This document shows positions 1-8,325 of a stretch of DNA of 64,000 bases, piece after piece; positions within the stretch are counted from its first letter, which is position 1; the number at the start of each line of letters is the position of its first letter. The position numbers and the translations under genes are program-made. Under the pieces are notes generated by a model that was not told where the DNA came from, made no database searches, and saw only the letters and a program-made list of their open reading frames with translations. The stretch lies in NCBI GenBank assembly GCA_036257535.1, contig DATAFJ010000169.1:4846-68845 (forward strand), given 5' to 3'. Origin of the DNA: Vicinamibacterales bacterium. Its GTDB lineage: Bacteria; Acidobacteriota; Vicinamibacteria; Vicinamibacterales; 2-12-FULL-66-21.

Positions 1-803
1 TGCGCATTGAACGTGCTCTGTATGGAGAGCGTCCGACAACAGACTACGGTCTCTTTCAATTGGTATTGGGGCGCGCGCTTGCCAATGCTCGCCGCTATAA
101 GGAAGCGGAGAAGGAACTGAGTCAGGCGAATCAGATTCTGGCGGCCACGCTCAAGCCGGATGATTTCAACGCCCGCCTCGCGCCCGGGGCCTGGGGGTAC
201 GTGCTGACCCGCGTCGGGCGTTTGGACGAGGCGGACGCGATCTTTGCGCGGCTGCTCTCGCGACCCTTCAGCCAGCCGCTGGAAGAGGCCCACACGAAGC
301 AGCGCCTGGGCATCCTGCGAAGCGCACAGAGACGTCATGCCGAGGCGCAGACGCTGCTTCGCGAAGCGGCGGCGTTCTTCTCCAAGCTGCCGCTGGCGAC
401 GAATCACGCGGTGACACTCGCGGCGCTCGGCGAGGCTCAAATCGAAGCGGGGCTGGCGACTGAAGCTCTCGACTGTTTGAGTAAGGCAAAAAGCCTGTTC
501 GAGAAGCTGCAGCCGTCCATGTCGCCCGATCGCGCTGATGTGCTCGTCAGCCTCGCCCGCGGTCAGCTTGCGGTTGGCCGGACTGAGGAGGCGGTCGCGT
601 CGGCAGATCAGGCCGCGGCGTTCTGGAGGTCCTTCGACCCGGCTAACCGCAGTGCCGGCATCGCGCTGCTGTGGCACGCACGCGCGTTGCAGGCAGCCGG
701 TCGTCAGCCGGAGGCGGCTGAAATCCTGCGGCAGGCCGGCGCCATTCTCGCTACCAAAGGACTGCCGGCCGAACGCTCGTTGCTCGAACGGACCGAGCGG
801 TAG
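1..803 (+). CDS. TPR-like repeat protein, C-terminal part (5' end lies outside the window)
   Basis: The frame of ORF 60..803 stays open back to the window edge. The peptide is Ala/Leu/Arg/Glu-rich with repeated helix-hairpin segments (EAEKELSQANQILAA, EEAVASADQAAAFW, PEAAEILRQAGAIL) typical of TPR tails. Confidence 0.55.
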   Translation, partial: RIERALYGERPTTDYGLFQLVLGRALANARRYKEAEKELSQANQILAATLKPDDFNARLAPGAWGYVLTRVGRLDEADAIFARLLSRPFSQPLEEAHTKQRLGILRSAQRRHAEAQTLLREAAAFFSKLPLATNHAVTLAALGEAQIEAGLATEALDCLSKAKSLFEKLQPSMSPDRADVLVSLARGQLAVGRTEEAVASADQAAAFWRSFDPANRSAGIALLWHARALQAAGRQPEAAEILRQAGAILATKGLPAERSLLERTER

Positions 804-834
804 GCGAAACGCACGGCCCGCCGCTGACGAGCGC

Positions 835-2196
835 CTACTTCGCGACCCGCCGGCGTCGAGCCCACAGTCCCGCGAGGCCGCTGCCGAGGAGAAGAACGGT
901 GGCCGGCTCAGGGACCGGCGCCGGCGTGAACTCGTAGTCGAGAGCTTCGAAGCCATACGAGCCGTCGGTGCGTCGCAGGTTCATGCGCACCCGTCCCTCT
1001 CCCTCGAGGTCGACCTGGAACAGCGGGTCTCCTATCGGGACGTCCAGGAAACCGGCGACTCGGCCGCTGAAACTGAACGGCCCGATCAACCTAACCAGTT
1101 CTCCGCCGTCGGGGACGGCGAAGGCGGGCGCGTCGAAGGTGAACGTGCCCCTCAGCGCGAGGCTGCCTGGTCCCGCCGGATTGCCGAAGGTCACGCCGCG
1201 GATGGTTGCATTGACCTGCCCGAGATCGAAGTAACGCAGCTCGCTGCCGAAGACCGTGCCCAAGTCGACCGGCGTGCCTGGATCGCAGGGACCGCAGGTA
1301 AACGCGCCGGACGTCGCTATGGCCGGAAAGAGGCCCTGGAGAACGAACTCGTCGCCTCGAAATCCGTAGAGCGGCGGATCGCCGGTTTCGAAACCAATAC
1401 CACCCTGTCGGATGACGATGGTGTCGGCGCGCGCTACGGCCGGTGTCGCCGCTGCGATCGCCAGGAAAATGATAGCGGCTGTTGCGCGAGGAATTGGGCC
1501 GCGAACTGCCTTGCGTCGCCGGCGAACCAACACTCCCGCCAGGCCACCGCCGACGAGCAGCAGCGTCCCCGGCTCTGGAACTGGCGCGGGCGACGGCGAG
1601 AACCCGTATCCCAAGTGCACAAAACCGATAAGGCCCTCGTCGCCGCCGCCGAGATGCAGTCGTCCCTGACCTTGGCCCGTAAGGTCAAGCTGAAACAGCG
1701 GCTCGCCAAATGGTGAGCCGTTTCTGAAGCCAGCAATTTGGGCGGTGAACGCAAAAGGAAAGTCCAGGTGCGACACAGATCCATCCGCCGCGGGCAGCCG
1801 GACGGCCGGCGCGTCGAACGTGGCCGTTCCCCGAAGCTCCAGCGGAAACTCGAGGTTTGGCCCCCAATCGTAGACCGTCCCAGCGACGGTCCCGACGGCG
1901 ATGCCGAGGTAGAAGTCTTGGGGCTCGCTACCGAAAACGGTACCGATGTCTACGAGGGTGCCTGGCGCGCATCCCGTCACATCGCAGGCTCGGAACCCCG
2001 ACGTTGCGATCGCGGGGTGGAGAATCGCCAGGTCGACGTCGTCACCCCGCAGGAACATGTCCGGCGGATCGCCCGTATCGAGCCTGGCACCGCCGTCTTG
2101 AATGACGATGGTGTCGGCCCGTACACTTCCCGGCAGCGCCGCCGCGAAGGCCAGAACGGCAACCGTAACGCTCAGCAGGGGGCGACGCATAGCCAT
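835..2196 (-). CDS. PEP-CTERM sorting-domain protein, in-frame tandem fusion of two paralogous modules
   Basis: N-terminal signal peptide MAMRRPLLSVTVAVLAFAAALPGSVRA. There are two VPEP-TM-Arg cluster motifs: VPEPGTLLLVGGGLAGVLVRRRRK at aa 206-229 and VPEPATVLLLGSGLAGLWARRRR at the C-terminus. Both halves start ADTIVI..GG...TGDPP...AIATSG...GTVFGSE. Confidence 0.8.
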   Translation of the reverse strand: MAMRRPLLSVTVAVLAFAAALPGSVRADTIVIQDGGARLDTGDPPDMFLRGDDVDLAILHPAIATSGFRACDVTGCAPGTLVDIGTVFGSEPQDFYLGIAVGTVAGTVYDWGPNLEFPLELRGTATFDAPAVRLPAADGSVSHLDFPFAFTAQIAGFRNGSPFGEPLFQLDLTGQGQGRLHLGGGDEGLIGFVHLGYGFSPSPAPVPEPGTLLLVGGGLAGVLVRRRRKAVRGPIPRATAAIIFLAIAAATPAVARADTIVIRQGGIGFETGDPPLYGFRGDEFVLQGLFPAIATSGAFTCGPCDPGTPVDLGTVFGSELRYFDLGQVNATIRGVTFGNPAGPGSLALRGTFTFDAPAFAVPDGGELVRLIGPFSFSGRVAGFLDVPIGDPLFQVDLEGEGRVRMNLRRTDGSYGFEALDYEFTPAPVPEPATVLLLGSGLAGLWARRRRVAK

Positions 2197-2448
2197 CCTC
2201 CTCCCAGACTCGGCAGGTATTTGCTCTGGTTCGCTTCGGCGGGGCCTCCTTCGGTCAGCGCTTTACCACTCGCGGCGAGGCCGATTCGAGTCGTGCAGCC
2301 GGCATGCCACGGGCCAGACTCGGCGCAGAACGCCGGGGTCGCGGACGCGCCAGCTGCACGAACCGCCGTCCTCTGGAGGAGCGTGCCGGGCCGATGCCTT
2401 GTCTGCGCATCTCCCGTCGATTAGACTTCCGGCCCGCACGGTTGCTTC

Positions 2449-4833
2449 ATGAACCTCGAGCCGGGGACGCTTTTGTCCCACTACCGGTTGATCGAGAAGG
2501 TCGGCCAGGGCGGGATGGGTGTGGTCTATCGGGCATTCGACACCCACCTCGAGCGCGAGGTCGCCCTGAAGTTCCTGCCTGAGGAGTTCGCTGCCGACCC
2601 TGACCGTCTCGCTCGCTTCATCCGGGAAGCGAAGACAATCGCCGCGCTAAATCATCCGAACATCGTCGGTATCCACTCGGTCGAAGAAGAACGCGGCGTC
2701 CGCTTCATCACGATGGAGTTCGTACGCGGCAAGACGCTGAAGCAGCTCATCCCGCGAAAGGGCCTATCGACTAAGGAGCTGCTCGCGCTCGCGGTTCCGA
2801 TGGTCGAAGCAGTGAGTGTGGCACACGAACAGGGCATCACCCATCGCGATTTGAAGCCCGACAACATCATGATCACCCCCGATGGCCGGGTGAAGATTCT
2901 CGACCTCGGACTCGCAATCACAAAACCGCTGGAGCCGGCGACGGCTCAAAGCGAGGTGACGACTTCAACTGATGAAGTGGGGCTGATGATCGGCACGGCA
3001 GCTTACATGTCGCCGGAGCAGATCGAAGGCCGGCGGGTGGACCACCGCGCCGACATCTTCGCCCTCGGAGTGATCCTCTACGAGATGGCGACCGGTCAGC
3101 GGCCGTTCAAAGGCAGCTCGAGCCTCCAGGTCATTTCGTCGATCTTGCACGACACCCCGGTCCCCATGAGCGAGCTTAACCCGTTGCATCCTCATGAGCT
3201 CGATCGCGTCGTCCGGCACAGCCTGGCAAAGGATCGGGAACGGCGGTATCAGACGGCGAAGGATGTCCGAAACGATCTCGACGAACTAAAGCGGGAGCTG
3301 GACTCTGGCGTGAGCCCGGTTGTGGGGTCCGTCCGGCCACCGGCGACTCGCCGAGCTGCATACGTGCTGGCCTTCGGCCTGATCGTCGCTGTTGTCGGAA
3401 TACTCTCGGTGGCAGAGCTCAGGAATACTTGGGGTGGCCGAGCGGTGGCCAAACGGAATTCCATTGCCATCCTCCCGCTGAAAAACCTGAGCGCTGATCA
3501 GGAGAACGAGTACTTCAGCGACGGCGTCACCGAAGACATCGCGGCGCAGCTTGCCAAGGTGGGGGAGCTGCGTATCATCGCCGGGGCGTCTGCGGCGCGC
3601 TACAGGGATCGACGTAAGAGCCCGATTGAGCTCGGCTCCACGCTGGGCGTTGCAACTGTGCTCGACGGCAGCGTACGCCGCGCCGGCGATCGGGTGCGCA
3701 TCGTCAGTCAGCTTCTCGATGTGAGGACCGGCGAGCAGTTGTGGTCCGAAACCTACGACCGCGAGCTGAAGGACATCTTCGCGATTCAGGCGGATGTCGC
3801 CCGGCAGATCGCCATCGCGCTCACCGGCGAACTGTCGTCCGCGGATGCAGCGCGGCTGCATCCCCGGCGGCCGCAAGACCTCGACGCCTTTGATCTCTAC
3901 CTGCGGGGACGGTACTACTGGAACATGCGGTCGAGCGACAGCCTGAAGCGCAGCATCCAGTACTTCCAGGAGGCCATCGAGCGCGATCCGGATTACGCCC
4001 TTGCATACGCCGGCCTGGCCGACGCCTACAACCTTCTCGGCGTGTACGGTGTGGTTCCGCGCGGCGAGGCTGGAGCCCGCGCCAGCGCCGCTGCATCGAA
4101 GGCTCTCGCCCTCGATGAGTCGTTGGCCGAAGCGCACGCCTCGCTTGCGCTGGTGCACCAGGAACGGTTCGAGTGGGATGCCGCCGAGCGGGGTTTCAGG
4201 CGTGCGCTCGAGCTGAAGCCAAGCTACGCCACCGCGCATCACTGGTATGCGGCTTATCTCGCAGGCCGCGGACGTTCCCCCGAGGCGCTGACCGAGATTC
4301 GACGGGCGCTCGCGCTGGACCCGTTGTCGATCAGCATCAACTCTGAGCTGGCGGCGATCCTGATTCTCGCGCGCCGTTTCGACGAAGCGATCGGCCAGGT
4401 CGAGGGGAGCCTGGAATTAGACCCTTCGTTCGGTCGTGCGCACATGGTCCTGGCCGAAGCGTATGCCCATAAAGGCGCATACGACCGGGCGCTCGAAGAA
4501 GCCGAACGCGCGGTGGCGCTCGACGGGCGAACCACGGAGCTGCGCGCAAATGTCGGCTACGTTCTGGCGCTGGCAGGCCGAGACGCCGAAGCAGAGAAAA
4601 TTGCCTTCGAGCTCGCCAAGCTGCATGAAAAGAGGGAAGATGGCGCGGCCGGAGCTGTCGCCACCGTTTACGCGGGTCTCGGCCTGAACGATCGCGCGTT
4701 CGAGTGGCTCGATCGCGCGCGTGAGCAGCGGGATCCCGTGATCGGCTCGCTGCAGGCGGATCCCAGGTTCGACAGCCTTCGATCGGATCCCCGGTTTGCA
4801 CGATTTCTCCGGGAAGTCGGTCTCGCGCCTTAG
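2449..4833 (+). CDS. Ser/Thr protein kinase with TM segment, TolB-N-like domain and TPR repeats
   Basis: Hanks kinase motifs [36 protein letters not shown] helix [18 protein letters not shown] follows, then the [23 protein letters not shown] module and a TPR-rich C-terminus. Confidence 0.9.
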   Translation: MNLEPGTLLSHYRLIEKVGQGGMGVVYRAFDTHLEREVALKFLPEEFAADPDRLARFIREAKTIAALNHPNIVGIHSVEEERGVRFITMEFVRGKTLKQLIPRKGLSTKELLALAVPMVEAVSVAHEQGITHRDLKPDNIMITPDGRVKILDLGLAITKPLEPATAQSEVTTSTDEVGLMIGTAAYMSPEQIEGRRVDHRADIFALGVILYEMATGQRPFKGSSSLQVISSILHDTPVPMSELNPLHPHELDRVVRHSLAKDRERRYQTAKDVRNDLDELKRELDSGVSPVVGSVRPPATRRAAYVLAFGLIVAVVGILSVAELRNTWGGRAVAKRNSIAILPLKNLSADQENEYFSDGVTEDIAAQLAKVGELRIIAGASAARYRDRRKSPIELGSTLGVATVLDGSVRRAGDRVRIVSQLLDVRTGEQLWSETYDRELKDIFAIQADVARQIAIALTGELSSADAARLHPRRPQDLDAFDLYLRGRYYWNMRSSDSLKRSIQYFQEAIERDPDYALAYAGLADAYNLLGVYGVVPRGEAGARASAAASKALALDESLAEAHASLALVHQERFEWDAAERGFRRALELKPSYATAHHWYAAYLAGRGRSPEALTEIRRALALDPLSISINSELAAILILARRFDEAIGQVEGSLELDPSFGRAHMVLAEAYAHKGAYDRALEEAERAVALDGRTTELRANVGYVLALAGRDAEAEKIAFELAKLHEKREDGAAGAVATVYAGLGLNDRAFEWLDRAREQRDPVIGSLQADPRFDSLRSDPRFARFLREVGLAP

Positions 4834-4866
4834 GCCACGCCGCTCGCACATCTCGAGGAGGAAACG

Positions 4867-5226
4867 ATGAGCGACAACCTGCACAAGTTCCTGATTGCTC
4901 TCGCATCGGATCCCGACCTGATGGATCGGTTCGAGGCAGACCCCCGCGGTGAGCTCAACAAGGCGGGTCTTACTTCAACAGAGAAGGCCGCCGTCCTAAC
5001 GCACGACCCGGCGGAACTTCGCACCGCGCTCGGGAACTCTCCTACCGCGGACGTTCTGACCCGCGTGTTGAAGCACCCGAGAAGGAGAAGAAAGGCTAGA
5101 AAGGCCGCGCGGAAAGTTGTGAGGAAGATGAGGAAGGCGCGAAGGAAGACCCGTCGGAGCGTCCGGAAGGCACCGCGGAAGCAGAGGGCATACGGCCGCC
5201 GGGCACGCGCGAGGGCGAAGGTCTGA
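4867..5226 (+). CDS. Putative split-borosin precursor: helical clasp/borosin-binding-like domain plus Arg/Lys-rich tail
   Basis: Strong SD (GAGGAGGA) lies 6 nt before the ATG. The N-terminus MSDNLHKFLIALASDPDLMDRFEADPRGELNKAGLTSTEKAAVLTHDPAELRTAL resembles the clasp region preceding the core in OphMA. The last 48 aa are 58 percent R/K with no acidic residue. The stop overlaps the start region of the adjacent methyltransferase. Confidence 0.6.
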   Translation: MSDNLHKFLIALASDPDLMDRFEADPRGELNKAGLTSTEKAAVLTHDPAELRTALGNSPTADVLTRVLKHPRRRRKARKAARKVVRKMRKARRKTRRSVRKAPRKQRAYGRRARARAKV

Positions 5227-6020
5227 TCACCAAAGCGGGGAGCCCGCGCCGCGGATCCCTGATCGTTGTCGGCACCGGCATCAACCTCATCGGCCAGACG
5301 ACGCTCGAGGCTGTGGCGTGTATGCAGCGCGCCGAAAAACTGCTTTATTTGGTGGGCCAGCCGTCGACCGCAATCTGGCTCAGGGAGCTCAACCCTACAG
5401 CATGCACGCTCGACGACTGTTATGCCCTTGGGAAGCCGCGCGAGCAGGCCTACCGCGAGATGACGAGGCGGATCCTCTCTGAGGTCCGTGCGGGCTTCCG
5501 CGTCTGCGCTGCGTTTTACGGCCATCCCGGCGTTCTCGTCGACGCGACGCACGACGCGATTCGACGAGCGCGCCGGGAAGGCTTTCCGGCCAGGATGCTC
5601 CCAGGTGTTTCCGCCGACGGATGCCTATTCGCCGATCTCGGAATTGATCCGGGCGAGCATGGTTGCCAGAGCTTCGAGGCCACCGACTTTCTCGCGTCGC
5701 ACCGGCGGTTCGATTCTTCGAGCGGTCTGATTCTGTGGCAGGTAGGTGTGCTGGGCGAGGGCAGCATTCGTAAGGCGATGGCGTGTCGATCGGAGCGTCT
5801 CCGAGTGCTGACCAGTGTCCTCCGCCGGCACTATGCAATGGACCACCGGGTCGTGTTGTACGAAGCCGCTCAGTACCCGGTATGCAATCCGATCATCAAG
5901 CGGATGGCCCTGTCCAAGCTGTCGCAGACTACCGTCCTGCCCATGGCGACCCTGTACGTTCCCCCAAAGCGGCCGCGGCCGCTCGACCCGAAGATCATGC
6001 GGTGGTTGGACGAGGACTGA
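5223..6020 (+). CDS. Borosin-type peptide alpha-N-methyltransferase homolog (tetrapyrrole-methylase fold, SAM-dependent); start codon non-canonical or uncertain
   Basis: In-frame translation from 5223 gives [44 protein letters not shown] ... [15 protein letters not shown] ... [21 protein letters not shown] ... FEATDFL ... [10 protein letters not shown]. These match the OphMA/SonM-type signature as I remember it. The first canonical start (GTG 5313) would delete the GTGI SAM-binding loop. Confidence 0.75.
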   Translation: [265 protein letters not shown]

Positions 6021-6050
6021 GGTGTCTACGGCCCGGTCTGGGGCGCAGGC

Positions 6051-6674
6051 TCACCCCAAGATCCTTCGCAGCTCACCTCCGCCCATGCCGGTGTTGTACG
6101 GCGGCGTGTCCGGCTCGAACTCCTTGCCGCGCGCGAGCGCGCCGACGGGAACCGGATCGAAGCCGGCGTCTTTGACGAGACCGGCCACAATCCCCAGCGC
6201 GTCGGGATCGTCGCTCGCGAGCGGAATGCCGACCTGGTCGCCCTTGCGATGGGCCTCGCTTCCGAGCGTCTTGTAATACACGGTGTTGAACGCCTTCACC
6301 CACCTCACGTTCGGAAACATGGCAGCTGCCCACGCAGCGCTGCCGCCGCGATGGGCAGTGGCCTGACGCGCGATATCTCCGTCACGACGCTCGTACGCGT
6401 TCCCCGTGTCCATTACGATCTTGCCGGTTAGGACTGACGCGAGATCGCGCGCGAGGTCGGGAATCGCCTTGAGCGGTACCGTCAGCATCACGACGTCGCC
6501 GAACGCGGCGGCTTCCATCGGAGTGCCCGCTGACGCACGCGGACCGATCTCGTGGACGAGCGGCTTCAGCTGGTCGGGGTGACGTGAGGCGAGGCGTACC
6601 TCGTGCCCGGCATCGGCCCACAGCTTTGCCAGCGTGGATCCGATCATTCCTGCGCCGACAATTCCTATACGCAT
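6051..6674 (-). CDS. NADPH-dependent F420 reductase-like / NAD(P)-binding oxidoreductase
   Basis: Rossmann N-terminus MRIGIVGAGMIGSTLAKLWADAGHEV. Size (207 aa) and the ...VKAFNT... segment are typical of COG2085 dinucleotide-binding enzymes. Confidence 0.65.
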   Translation of the reverse strand: MRIGIVGAGMIGSTLAKLWADAGHEVRLASRHPDQLKPLVHEIGPRASAGTPMEAAAFGDVVMLTVPLKAIPDLARDLASVLTGKIVMDTGNAYERRDGDIARQATAHRGGSAAWAAAMFPNVRWVKAFNTVYYKTLGSEAHRKGDQVGIPLASDDPDALGIVAGLVKDAGFDPVPVGALARGKEFEPDTPPYNTGMGGGELRRILG

Positions 6675-6753
6675 AATCCTCTATGACCGCCGATGCGCGG
6701 TGAGGGATCCCTGCATGAGCTTTGATTCCGGCGAGCGCCGCTATGATCGAAGC

Positions 6754-7128
6754 ATGTTGAAAGACGCACCGATCGTTCCATACATACCGGCGAAGGACGT
6801 CGCGCGAGCGCGCACGTTCTACGAAGAAAAGGTCGGCCTCGTGCCGCGTGAAGAGGTGGCTGGAGGCGTCGTGTACGAGTGCGGCAAGGGGTCGTGGGTC
6901 TTCCTTTATCCGACCCCCGGCGCCGGTACGTCGAAGGCGAGTCAGGCGTTCTGGCAGGTCGCGGACGTCGAGGCTGAGGTCGCGCAGCTGAAAGCCAGGG
7001 GCGTGGTCTTCGAGGAGTACGACAGGCCCGGTCTCAAGACGGTCAACGGCATCATGACGGCCGGGAACAACAAGGCCGCATGGTTCAAGGACCCAGAGGG
7101 AAACATCATGGCGATCATTCAACTCTAG
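6754..7128 (+). CDS. VOC (glyoxalase/bleomycin-resistance/dioxygenase) family protein
   Basis: MLKDAPIVPYIPAKDVARARTFYEEKVGL ... AWFKDPEGNIMAIIQL is a typical VOC beta-alpha-beta-beta-beta module. An ATG at 6754 is chosen over the longer ORF-track start at 6634, which overlaps the upstream gene. Confidence 0.7.
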   Translation: MLKDAPIVPYIPAKDVARARTFYEEKVGLVPREEVAGGVVYECGKGSWVFLYPTPGAGTSKASQAFWQVADVEAEVAQLKARGVVFEEYDRPGLKTVNGIMTAGNNKAAWFKDPEGNIMAIIQL

Positions 7129-7131
7129 CGC

Positions 7132-8313
7132 ATGCGCACCGCGACCCTCATCGCCACGACTCTTCTCGTCGCGCAGGCTGTTGTTTCACCGCCGATCCAC
7201 CGCTTCGATGGCACGCCGGTTTCCGCCGGGCTGATCGACACGGAAGCGCGGCGGATGATGGCTGATGCCAGGGTGCAGGGCCTCGCAATGGCGGCCGTCG
7301 ACGATGGGAAAGTCGTGTTCGTGCGGGCGTGGGGACATCGCAACGTCGAGAAGAAGCTGCCGCTCGAGATCGACACGATCATGTACGGCGCGTCGCTCAC
7401 GAAGTTCGCGTTCGCCTACATGGTGATGCAGCTCGTGGATGAGGGGAAGATCGATCTCGATCGGTCGATCGCCGACTACCTGCCGAAACCGCTGCCGGAG
7501 TATGAATTCTACGCTGCACTCAGCACCGACGAGCGGTGGCGCAAGTTGACGGCGCGCATCCTGCTGAGCCACACCAGCGGCCTCGCCAACTTCGCGTTCC
7601 TCGAGCCGGACGACGAGAAGATGCGGCTCCACTTCGATCCCGGCAGCCGCTACGCGTATTCGGGCGAAGGCTACATCCTGATGCAGTTCGTCCTGGAAAC
7701 CGGCCTCGGCCTCAAGCTCGGGGACGAGATGCAGCGCCGCGTGTTCGATCGTTTCAGGATGACGCGCACCGCCATGATGTGGCGTGAGGACTTCGCCGGC
7801 AATCTCGCCGACGGTTACGGCGGAGACGGCTCTTTCGAGGCGCACAGCCGCCGGAGCCGGCCTCGCGCCGCGGGATCGATGGACACCACGATCGACGACT
7901 TCGCGAAGTTCCTCGCCGGTTTCGTTCGCGGCGAAGGTCTGTCGGCTCGCTCGCGCGCCGAGATGGTCAAGCCGCAGATTCCGATCGCGACACCGAGTCA
8001 GTTCCCGACCTTCCTCGAGACCTCCTCGCCTGCGATGCAGGCGATCAAGCTGTCGGCCGGCCTTGGCGTGATCACGTTCGAGGGTCCGTATGGACGCGCC
8101 TTTTTCAAGGGTGGACACAACGACACGACCGGGAACCAGGCAATCTGCGTCGAGACAACCAGGCGATGCGTGCTGTACCTCGCAAACGACGTGCGTGCGG
8201 AGAGTCTCTATCAGCGGTTGACGGAGGCGACGCTCGGCGATCCGGGGATGCCATGGTCGTGGGAGGGATACAAGCCCTACGAGGTTCGAACAGGTTCGAA
8301 TAGGTTCGATTAG
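7132..8313 (+). CDS. Serine hydrolase, beta-lactamase/PBP family
   Basis: Signal-like N-terminus and the S-x-x-K motif in GASLTKFAFAYMVMQLVDEGKIDLD. The last 10 codons are encoded by a decamer repeat. Confidence 0.8.
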   Translation: MRTATLIATTLLVAQAVVSPPIHRFDGTPVSAGLIDTEARRMMADARVQGLAMAAVDDGKVVFVRAWGHRNVEKKLPLEIDTIMYGASLTKFAFAYMVMQLVDEGKIDLDRSIADYLPKPLPEYEFYAALSTDERWRKLTARILLSHTSGLANFAFLEPDDEKMRLHFDPGSRYAYSGEGYILMQFVLETGLGLKLGDEMQRRVFDRFRMTRTAMMWREDFAGNLADGYGGDGSFEAHSRRSRPRAAGSMDTTIDDFAKFLAGFVRGEGLSARSRAEMVKPQIPIATPSQFPTFLETSSPAMQAIKLSAGLGVITFEGPYGRAFFKGGHNDTTGNQAICVETTRRCVLYLANDVRAESLYQRLTEATLGDPGMPWSWEGYKPYEVRTGSNRFD

Positions 8314-8320
8314 GTTCGAA
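8281..8320. repeat. Four tandem decamers NAGGTTCGAW
   Basis: gaggttcgaa caggttcgaa taggttcgat taggttcgaa read directly. They span the stop codon (8311..8313) of the hydrolase gene, between convergent genes. Confidence 0.9.
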
Positions 8321-8325
8321 AGGGG

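Noticed and set aside
5080-5230. Programmed -1 frameshift fusing the borosin-like precursor to the methyltransferase into one OphMA-like polypeptide
   Set aside because: The enzyme frame is -1 relative to the precursor frame. However, I found no X_XXY_YYZ slippery heptamer in the zero frame between the TAG at 5097 and the TGA at 5224. The fusion order (precursor N-terminal) would also be the reverse of OphMA. Stop/start coupling at CTGA is simpler.
8281-8320. tRNA or tRNA fragment (GGTTCGAAT resembles a T-arm)
   Set aside because: There is no acceptor stem, anticodon arm or CCA context. The sequence is simply a 10-bp tandem array.
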